Source: Myxococcota bacterium (GTDB lineage Bacteria; Myxococcota; JACRCW01). From it: a DNA stretch of 18,182 nt. Under the pieces are notes generated by a model, which did not search any database, was not told the DNA's origin, and saw only the letters and a program-made list of their open reading frames with translations. Location: assembly GCA_040752415.1 (NCBI GenBank), contig JBFMGU010000208.1, positions 1-18,182 of the forward strand, given 5' to 3'. A program made the translations under genes and the position numbers. Of this stretch, positions 11,329 through 18,182 are shown one piece after another; positions within the stretch are counted from its first letter, which is position 1; each line of letters starts with the position of its first letter.

Positions 11329-11493
11329 TCGTCCCCGGGGGAAATGGAGCCCATGTGACGACACGGATGGTGCCAGGCGACGAAAGCCGGTGTCCACAGC
11401 GGGCCGGAAGCACCCTTCCGCTGAACCCAGCGACGACGGGAATGCACCGCAGCCGCACCTGGCGGACCGGTGGCGGACGCCGAACCCGCTCGG

Positions 11494-11569
11494 CGCTGGC
11501 CAGGGCGGCGAGGGCCCGCCGCACTCCAGGTCGTGGCCCGCTCACGACGGCAGCAATGCCGATGGGCAC
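11494..11569. repeat. Solo, internally shortened copy of the 673-1025 repeat arm (REP-like)
   Basis: 11494-11536 is identical over 43 bp to 901-943, followed by gcccgc, tcacgacgg and atgggcac, which match blocks at 1001-1027. Confidence 0.88.
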
Positions 11570-11604
11570 CTCACGGTCAGCGGGGGATGTCCCGGTAACG
11601 AGAG

Positions 11605-12414
11605 TCACCGACGACGGAAAAGAACCGCCAGCAAGACCACGAAGGCGACGGGGAGCGCCGAGTTGGTTGGAAGCGCCGTTTGACACAGGCACGCAACCGC
11701 GACGGGCAGGGGTTGCGTGTGCGCGGCGCTCCACCCCGAGAAGTTTCCCGCATGATCAAATGCCGCGACGCGCACGGTGACCTTGGGCGCGTACGACGCG
11801 GCCGGCCAATTGGATCGGCCACAAGACCAGACTCCGACGTCAATCCGGCCGTTTCCACCGAGCTCCGTGACGTTGCCCGCCAACGCCGTGACGTCGAGCA
11901 GTGACTCCCCTTCAGCATCCACGACGTTGACCACGCCGTTGGAGTGAACGGTGAGCTCCGCCGCGCGGAACACCCCTGAGCCGCATGAATCTGGAAGCGC
12001 GACACCTATGCTCTGGGTGACCTCGGGGACGTCGGGCGCGTTGTGATCTTCGCCCTCCCCCGTCGTGAACGAGGTTCCGTCCCACAGGGCGTACTGCGTG
12101 TTCGGCTGCAGTGGCGCACGCGGCGTCCCCACATGCAACGCGCAGCCACCGCCCGTCACAATCTGGGAGAACGAGAGAACAACCTCGTCGCCCTGCGTCG
12201 TCGTCAGTGCCGCCCCCTCGGGGGGCTCGATGAGCCGCCAGACGCGGGTGTTCGTAGGCACGCCGGTTTCACCGTCGAGCGGAACCTCGCGCAGACCCGC
12301 AAATGCACACGGCGGGCAGTCGCACGCCCGAGCCTCATCCGGACGAGCCACCATCACCCCCACGAGCGCGAGAGCGAAGAAGCACCTCCTCCACATGTCA
12401 GCGCGGTATCCCAA
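11605..12414 (-). CDS. Secreted Ig-like (Big_5/SbsA-like) domain protein with MYXO-CTERM-like sorting signal
   Basis: Signal peptide ending ARA-CDC; P.DGETGVPTNT...P.APLQPNTQY; VRVAAFDHAGNFSGWS; C-terminal CLC-linker-hydrophobic helix-RRR. Start is TTG 12414 (GGAGG 5 nt upstream) or ATG 12396. Confidence 0.82.
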   Translation of the reverse strand: MGYRADMWRRCFFALALVGVMVARPDEARACDCPPCAFAGLREVPLDGETGVPTNTRVWRLIEPPEGAALTTTQGDEVVLSFSQIVTGGGCALHVGTPRAPLQPNTQYALWDGTSFTTGEGEDHNAPDVPEVTQSIGVALPDSCGSGVFRAAELTVHSNGVVNVVDAEGESLLDVTALAGNVTELGGNGRIDVGVWSCGRSNWPAASYAPKVTVRVAAFDHAGNFSGWSAAHTQPLPVAVACLCQTALPTNSALPVAFVVLLAVLFRRR

Positions 12415-12472
12415 TCACGCCTCCGCGTTCAGTCCATTCAATCATGTCTCGCTTTACCCACCTGGCGGGAAC

Positions 12473-13306
12473 TCACTCCGGACAGCGATTGTCCGGCATT
12501 CCACCCGCCGAGGAGCTCGACGACTGATTCACGAATGTTCCATCCGGGTGCATGCGACCATGGAGGTTGCTGAAGAACTCCGGTGGAACGTCAATGGCCA
12601 TGGAAACCGCCGCGCAGCCCCGTCCGAAGATGCACGTCTCTCCGCTGGCGCATGACAACTGCGCGCACGCGTCGCGCACTGCCTCCGCCGCGCTGCAGAA
12701 GGAACTCCGATCCCTCAGGAACGCAAAGGCATCGCGCCACTGATCGATGGGTACGTCGACACGTTCGACGACGCCACCACGGCGATCGCCGTCCACGATG
12801 TCAACTTGAACGAGACCATCTCGTATGCAGAGAAATCGGGACACGAAGCCAGCAAGCCGCGTCCGGCTACTCCCGGGTCCATCGAGTGCCGTGCCGGTTG
12901 GGAACACGATGGCCTCGTCACCCACCGCCAGGGAACCACCCGCGCACGGGCCCTCATTGGGATTGCCCGCCGTGATGGTGTCGCGGGTTCCGACGTCCCA
13001 GGTTGTTCCATCGGAGATCGCGATCGGTCCCGCGAAGGCCTCGACGACCTCCACGTCGAAATGCGTGCCAGGCTCCGCGCTGTCGGCGGTGCACCCGCGC
13101 TGAAAAACATCGACCGGCACATGGGTCACGTTCAACACTCGAACCCGAGCCGCGGTACGCACCAGATCGGCATATCCGCCGGCTCCCGCGAGGAAGAACT
13201 GGGACAGCGAAACCTTCGGGCTCTCGACGCTACTGCCGAGCATCGGCACGGGCAGGGCGATGAGAAGCAGGCCAACCACCAAGCGCCACTTGGAGTGACT
13301 CCGCAT
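12473..13306 (-). CDS. Secreted/exported hypothetical protein with Cys-rich C-terminal segment
   Basis: GGAGG 8 nt before ATG 13306; basic plus hydrophobic N-terminus (RSHSKWRLVVGLLLIALP); Cys cluster CAQLSCASGETCIFGRGC. Confidence 0.68.
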   Translation of the reverse strand: MRSHSKWRLVVGLLLIALPVPMLGSSVESPKVSLSQFFLAGAGGYADLVRTAARVRVLNVTHVPVDVFQRGCTADSAEPGTHFDVEVVEAFAGPIAISDGTTWDVGTRDTITAGNPNEGPCAGGSLAVGDEAIVFPTGTALDGPGSSRTRLAGFVSRFLCIRDGLVQVDIVDGDRRGGVVERVDVPIDQWRDAFAFLRDRSSFCSAAEAVRDACAQLSCASGETCIFGRGCAAVSMAIDVPPEFFSNLHGRMHPDGTFVNQSSSSSAGGMPDNRCPE

Positions 13307-13480
13307 TCGTACAGCCTCCATGACCCCAACGTAGCACGCGCCCGTCACGCGCAGCTTCTCGGAGCGTTTGCCAGGAGAAGCCCCATGGTTCCGAGCCTGA
13401 TCCCGGCGGAGCACAGCAAGCGGCGTGGCCGTTGGGGAATGAATTGGCGCGGTCACCTCTCGGCGGAACAGTCGCAACCG

Positions 13481-14548
13481 CTACTGCGCCGCGCTTCGCG
13501 CCCGGAACTGCCCCGCGCTAACCCCCGTCCACCGCTTGAACGCCCGGTGAAACGCGCGGGCCTCCGAGAATCCCAACAGGTACGCCACTTCCTCGACGCT
13601 GCGCCCGCGCTCCTCCAGGAACTGACATGCCAACGCCTTGAGCAGCCGTTCCCGTTCGGCATCAAACACGGTCCCCTCGTCGGCCAGTCGCCGACGCAGC
13701 GTCCGCACGCTCATCCCCACCCGCCGCGCCACCTGCGGCATGGACGGCAGGCCCTGCGGCAACAGCTCCAGGAGCGCCGCCTGCACCAAGTCGCGCACCG
13801 TCGTGGGGGCGGCGGCAACCCGACTTAGCGCCGCTTCCGCGGTCTTCGCCAGGAGCTGATGCAAGCGCGCGTCGGCGCGTTGGCTGGGCAGGGAGAGGTC
13901 CCGCAGGGCCAACCGCAGCGCTGCGCATGGCGCCCCGAAGTGCACGGGTGAAGGCGAAGCGGATTGATAGCGCGCTGCGTACGCCGGCGCGGACCAGGGA
14001 ACCAGGATCTGTCGAACCGCCGGCTGTCCCACGACCTCGTGCATCCGTCGCGCGGAGTAGACCAGCGTGTACTCCTGCACGGCGGTGGCGACCCACGGGG
14101 GCACCGGTGCCGCCGTCCGCAGCACGAGGTCGCACCACGGGTCCTCGACGTGCCGTTCAAAGCGCAAGGTCGCCGAGACCACCCGGAAATACCGCACCAG
14201 CGACGAGACCACGTCATCCAACGTCGAGCACGCGGCGTTGGTGTAGTCCAACAGCGCGTGGGCGCCGAAGGGCGCAGCGGCGGCAGCACGCAGGGCGAAC
14301 GCCGGGTCCCCATCCAGCGCATTGCGCAGCAGGCCCAGGAAGAAGCTTGCGGGGACGTCGGTGACTTCATCCAATCGCTGGAAAGTATCCGTGGGAATGC
14401 CGAGGGCGCGCGCGGTCCCATCCAGGTCCATCCCCAACGCGCGATAACCCGCCGCCACCCACCCCAATGACGACGCCCGCACGGTGGGCACGGTCGGCGT
14501 GGCCCCAGGGGTTCCTGTTTTGGCTCCAAGGGTCCCTGTGTCCCGCAC
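13481..14548 (-). CDS. AraC-family transcriptional regulator (OruR-like N-terminal ligand-binding domain)
   Basis: C-terminal double HTH VARRVGMSVRTLRRRL...SVEEVAYLLGFSEARAFHRAFKRWTG; ~350 aa; GGAGG 4 nt before GTG 14548. Confidence 0.93.
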   Translation of the reverse strand: MRDTGTLGAKTGTPGATPTVPTVRASSLGWVAAGYRALGMDLDGTARALGIPTDTFQRLDEVTDVPASFFLGLLRNALDGDPAFALRAAAAAPFGAHALLDYTNAACSTLDDVVSSLVRYFRVVSATLRFERHVEDPWCDLVLRTAAPVPPWVATAVQEYTLVYSARRMHEVVGQPAVRQILVPWSAPAYAARYQSASPSPVHFGAPCAALRLALRDLSLPSQRADARLHQLLAKTAEAALSRVAAAPTTVRDLVQAALLELLPQGLPSMPQVARRVGMSVRTLRRRLADEGTVFDAERERLLKALACQFLEERGRSVEEVAYLLGFSEARAFHRAFKRWTGVSAGQFRARSAAQ

Positions 14549-14571
14549 CCGACCTCCCTACGCTTCTCGCC

Positions 14572-15552
14572 ATGAACCGTACACCACGACCCTTGACGTT
14601 GACCGCGTTCCTTCTGACCTCCGCGCTGGGTTGCGAGACCATTGCCGTGCAGATGGCCCCCGCCCGCGCCCCCGCCACGGCGCCCGACGTCGCGCACCAA
14701 GCGGAGCAGGCCCTCATGACGCCGCTGCTGGCGGGGGACTACGCCGCACTGCCACAGGCGCTGGAGCAGCTCACCGCGTTGGCCGTGGCGCATCCGCGAA
14801 ACGCCCGGGTGCACCTGATGCTGGGCATGGCGCACCTGTGGGCGCTGGCCGAGCGTGGCCGCGTGGAGCAACCGCCAGCCACCGTCACCAATCACGCGGT
14901 GCTTTCCCGTCACTACCTGGAGTCGGCGCGCGCACTCGACGGGAGCGATGCGCGGATACCCGGGTGGAGCGGGTCGGCGGGCCTGGTGATCTCGTCGCTC
15001 CTTGAGGACGAGAAGCTCAAGCGCCAGAGCTACTTCATGATCAAGAACGGCGCCCGCAGCTGGCCGGAGTTCAACAAGTTCACCCTCAGCTACACCATGT
15101 CCCGTCTCACGCACGACGACGAGCGTTTCACTTCCGACGTGGTGGAGCCCATGTTCGAGACCATGGACCTCTGCTTTGGCGTCCCCCTGGACGTGGACAA
15201 GCCCGATTGGGCGGCCGCGACCAGGGCCGTGGAGGCCTTCGTGAAGCGCCAGGACTCGGTTTCCCCGCGACAGCGCGTGTGCCGCAACAGCGCGGTCGTG
15301 CCCAGGAACCTGGAGGGCTACTTCATGCACTTTGGCGACGTGCTGACCAAGGCGGGTCGCCCCAATGACGCCCGGAACGCGCTCGCGCTGGCGCGGCTAG
15401 CACCGCACCATGCGCAGTGGGCATTCAAGGACGCCTTGGAGGAGCGCATCTCGAGGGCGGAAGAGCGCGTGAAGGAGTTGCAGGCCGCCAAGAAGGGTGA
15501 AGGCATGATGGTGACGTCCACGATGGCGTGCGTTGGGTGTCACCAGCGTTGA
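14572..15552 (+). CDS. Helical (TPR-like) lipoprotein with a C-terminal CxxCH heme c-binding motif
   Basis: ATG 14572, lipobox ALGC, TPR-like segments (HPRNARVHLMLGMAH; FGDVLTKAGRPNDARNAL), ends ...MACVGCHQR-stop. Confidence 0.82.
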   Translation: MNRTPRPLTLTAFLLTSALGCETIAVQMAPARAPATAPDVAHQAEQALMTPLLAGDYAALPQALEQLTALAVAHPRNARVHLMLGMAHLWALAERGRVEQPPATVTNHAVLSRHYLESARALDGSDARIPGWSGSAGLVISSLLEDEKLKRQSYFMIKNGARSWPEFNKFTLSYTMSRLTHDDERFTSDVVEPMFETMDLCFGVPLDVDKPDWAAATRAVEAFVKRQDSVSPRQRVCRNSAVVPRNLEGYFMHFGDVLTKAGRPNDARNALALARLAPHHAQWAFKDALEERISRAEERVKELQAAKKGEGMMVTSTMACVGCHQR

Positions 15553-15831
15553 GATTCCAGGGGTGCTCACGGACAAGCAGCGTTCTGCATCCGCGCGAAT
15601 TCGCGCCGCGTAGGCATTCAGCCGCGCTCACCCGATCCCTCGTCGTCACCGGACACTCCCGGAGGCGTGGGACCGGATTCGTCACCCCACACGCCTTGAC
15701 CGCGTTTCGGCGGGGTTCCATCGACGACGCACGGTCCCTCGCTGTCTGCTCACCCAGTGCCGTGAATCCGGGAATTCCCAACGTGGTCCCACCCACGTCA
15801 CTCCAACGAGCGTGTCGTTCATGCCGGCGCA

Positions 15832-16053
15832 TCATGGTCCCCCGTCGGTACCGCATTCCATGAGCGTGGTCTCCACCAGGCCGAAGGGTCCACATTCGCA
15901 GGTATTGCAGTCACATGCCCACTTCTCGCCAACCCACGCGAGGCCACCGTCGGCGTTGGCGCACGTCACGGGTGTACACGAAGCGCCCGCCAGCGCGGTC
16001 ACGAACACCGCAAGCGCCCAGCGACCACCCCTACCCAGCACCGTCCTCGTCAT
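15832..16053 (-). CDS. Small Cys-rich putative lipoprotein, pacifastin/VWC-like (73 aa)
   Basis: MTRTVLGRGGRWALAVFVTALAGASC signal-like peptide, then C...GEKW.CDCNTCEC...G...TTLMEC. It is the 3' part of ORF 15832..16470; no strong RBS. Confidence 0.65.
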   Translation of the reverse strand: MTRTVLGRGGRWALAVFVTALAGASCTPVTCANADGGLAWVGEKWACDCNTCECGPFGLVETTLMECGTDGGP

Positions 16054-16321
16054 CCAACACCGCACTGCAATGATGCTGCCAGTCCGCGGTCTCCTCCAGG
16101 CGCGAAAGGATGTCGGAGTTGATGCTTCCAGTTCGCATCTCTGCGGTGTCCACCTCGCATGCGAAGCCTCGTCGATGTTCCCGCGCCGCGACCTCGCGAC
16201 CCGGTGCTTGCGCGTTGGAGTTGAGCGGCCCGCGCCATGAGAAACACCACGATTTTGTTGCGCACCAGCAAATCCGCCACGTAACGTCCATGGGTCTTTC
16301 ACCGACATCAGGGAGGTGGGA

Positions 16322-17341
16322 ATGCGGCTGCTCAGGATGCTGCTCGCGGGGGCCCTGATGGTTGTCCCGGTGCTCGCCACGGGCGCCGGGGTGTTGCACG
16401 CAGGGAAGGTGGGCGTGAAGGGTTGGCCCGCGGGCGTGCGCGACATCCGGTTCACCAGCCCCGCCGACAACAGCCGGCAGCCGGCGCTGTTCTACGTGCC
16501 GCCCGGCCGGAGCCAGAAGCGTCCCCTCCTCGTGGCGCTGCACACCTGGAGTCGCAACTACCTGCAGCCCACGGGTGAGGCCTATGCGGATTGGTGCGTG
16601 GAGAAGGGATGGATCTTTGTTCACCCCAACTACCGCGGCGCAAACGTCCGACCTGCGGCCACCGGCTCGGAGCTGGTGGTGGCGGACATCCTTGCCGCGG
16701 TGGAATACGCCCGCGCGCATGCGAACGTGGACGAAAGCCGCATCTATCTCGTCGGATACTCGGGAGGAGGACACGCGTCACTGCTCATGGCGGGGCGTGC
16801 GCCGGAGATCTGGGCGGGCGTCTCCGCGTGGGCGCCCATCACGGACCTGAAGGCGTGGTATTGGCAGACCAAGGACGGCGCGTTCCGCCACTACGCGGAG
16901 CACATCCGGAAGTCGTGTGGCGGCGTGCCGTGGGGCAATACGCGGGCGGCGCGGGAGTGCAGGAAGCGTTCGCCCATCACCTACCTCCACAACGCGGTGG
17001 GTGTTCCCCTGGACATCAACGCCGGCATCCAGGACGGACACACCGGCAGCGTGCCGACGAGCCACGCCCTGGACGCATACAATCTCCTGGCCAACGAGGA
17101 GGACCGCCTCACGCCGCAGCAGGTCCGGACCATCGTCGACAAGGCCGTGATCCCGCGCGAGCTTGGGCTTCCCTTCAGCGACCCGCTTTTCGGCACCAAC
17201 AAGATCCTGTTCCGACGCCAGTCCGGGCACGTCCGCATCACCATCAGCGACGGTGCACACCAGATCAAGCGCGAGGCCGCGCTCCAATGGCTCTCGCAAC
17301 AGCGGAAGGTCCAGGGCGCCACCACGCGGCCACGGCGCTGA
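16322..17341 (+). CDS. Secreted alpha/beta-fold serine hydrolase (prolyl oligopeptidase S9-like peptidase/esterase)
   Basis: GGAGG 5 nt before ATG 16322; signal peptide; PLLVALHTW, PNYRG, DESRIYLVGYSGGG nucleophile elbow, RSP, candidate Asp (IQDG) and His (DGAH). Confidence 0.88.
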   Translation: MRLLRMLLAGALMVVPVLATGAGVLHAGKVGVKGWPAGVRDIRFTSPADNSRQPALFYVPPGRSQKRPLLVALHTWSRNYLQPTGEAYADWCVEKGWIFVHPNYRGANVRPAATGSELVVADILAAVEYARAHANVDESRIYLVGYSGGGHASLLMAGRAPEIWAGVSAWAPITDLKAWYWQTKDGAFRHYAEHIRKSCGGVPWGNTRAARECRKRSPITYLHNAVGVPLDINAGIQDGHTGSVPTSHALDAYNLLANEEDRLTPQQVRTIVDKAVIPRELGLPFSDPLFGTNKILFRRQSGHVRITISDGAHQIKREAALQWLSQQRKVQGATTRPRR

Positions 17342-17685
17342 TGAGCGGCGGTGGTTCCGCCACGCGCACCCGCGCGCGTTGGCAAACCGCGACTGGAGCC
17401 TCGCAAGATGCAACCCTGAGCAGCGCTTGGCCTCCGGAATGTGCGCCGCGTGCTCGCGCAGCAATGTGGTCTGGAATGTGCAGCACAACCGTGCAGCAAC
17501 GAGCAACGAGGTGAACGGGCATCCCCCGAAGTCCAGTGCGCATGAGAGTGCAAGGGGGGGCGAGGGATGTCCGGCTGGTGGTGACCTGGCGGTTTTGTGA
17601 CGGGCCGCCGGGTCGCCGCTGGCATTTCATGACCAAGAAGCCGCTGCGCGCTCAGCGCGATTTCCGACGGGGTACGTCGGCAACG

Positions 17686-17733
17686 CGCCTCGGTCGCCCC
17701 TGGTGGTGACGGGCACCAGGAGCAGCCGAGGCG
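17686..17733 (-). terminator. GC-rich hairpin 15 nt downstream of the 17749 stop (terminator or mRNA-stabilising stem)
   Basis: Arms cgcctcggtcgcccctggtg and caccaggagcagccgaggcg, 20 bp with 3 differences, two of which are G-U pairs on the minus strand; 8-nt loop; no U-tract. Confidence 0.5.
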
Positions 17734-17748
17734 ATTCAGCCGCGAGAA

Positions 17749-18180
17749 CTACTTCTTGGCCGCGGGCTCCGCCTTCGCATGCAGCGCCTTCACCATCTCG
17801 CTGTCGGCGGTGAGCATGACGGTAGCGTATCCATTGCTCAGCTTCGCCACGCCGTTCATCGCCTTGCCGGACTTCATCGCCGCCATCGTTCCATGGCATT
17901 CGTCGCAGAGCTTGGCGCTCCCGTCGTGGGCCTTCTTCATGACGGCGCCCATCTCACCGGCCGCCTTGTCCAGACCCGCCATCTTCTTCGCGTCCACCGT
18001 CATCACCGTCATGACCCCGGTGTCCATCTTCACGTGCTCCACCTTGCCCTTGGCCGCGGTGGTGGCGTCGAGCATGGCCTTCCGCGCCTTGTGCGCCTCA
18101 CAATCCGCTTCCGTCACCGCCGCGGGCTTGGCCGGCTGGACCGCCGCCGGCTGCGCTGGTTGGGCCGCGGGCTGCGCCGC
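17749..18180 (-). CDS. Met/Lys/Ala-rich protein with one CxxCH motif, 5'-truncated
   Basis: Frame open to the window end (AAQPAAQPAQPAAVQPAKPAA linker); CDECH; GC-rich third positions; TAG at 17751-17749. Confidence 0.8.
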   Translation of the reverse strand, partial: AAQPAAQPAQPAAVQPAKPAAVTEADCEAHKARKAMLDATTAAKGKVEHVKMDTGVMTVMTVDAKKMAGLDKAAGEMGAVMKKAHDGSAKLCDECHGTMAAMKSGKAMNGVAKLSNGYATVMLTADSEMVKALHAKAEPAAKK

Positions 18181-18182
18181 TG

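Noticed and set aside
10148..11734. 528-aa Arg/Gly-rich minus-strand ORF, and similar ORFs such as 13825..15330 and 2468..3991
   Set aside because: Alternative-frame or antisense overlaps of better-supported genes, with composition typical of GC-rich off-frame translation.
7350..17341. Integron cassette array or CRISPR array
   Set aside because: Genes are in mixed orientation, and no recurring attC-like sites, integrase or regularly spaced direct repeats were seen.

Overview
High-GC bacterial DNA, most likely from a myxobacterium or related Deltaproteobacterium (inferred from a MYXO-CTERM-like tail and many lipoproteins). The left part (1-7.2 kb) is housekeeping: a minus-strand run aspS - glpA - glpB - class I/II PLP aminotransferase, converging on the 3' end of a proline-rich gene. 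Between the convergent stops lies a ~350-bp near-perfect inverted repeat built around GGAG-type REP-like palindromes, with a shortened third copy at ~11.5 kb. The right part (7.3-18.2 kb) is accessory-looking and rich in exported proteins: an Ig-like lipoprotein, two membrane proteins, a MYXO-CTERM protein, a Cys-containing secreted protein, an AraC regulator head-to-head with a lipoprotein ending in CxxCH, a 73-aa pacifastin/VWC-like lipoprotein, a secreted serine hydrolase, and the 3' part of a Met-rich CxxCH protein. No rRNA, tRNA, CRISPR array, integrase or transposase was seen. All calls come from reading motifs by eye; no searches were run.
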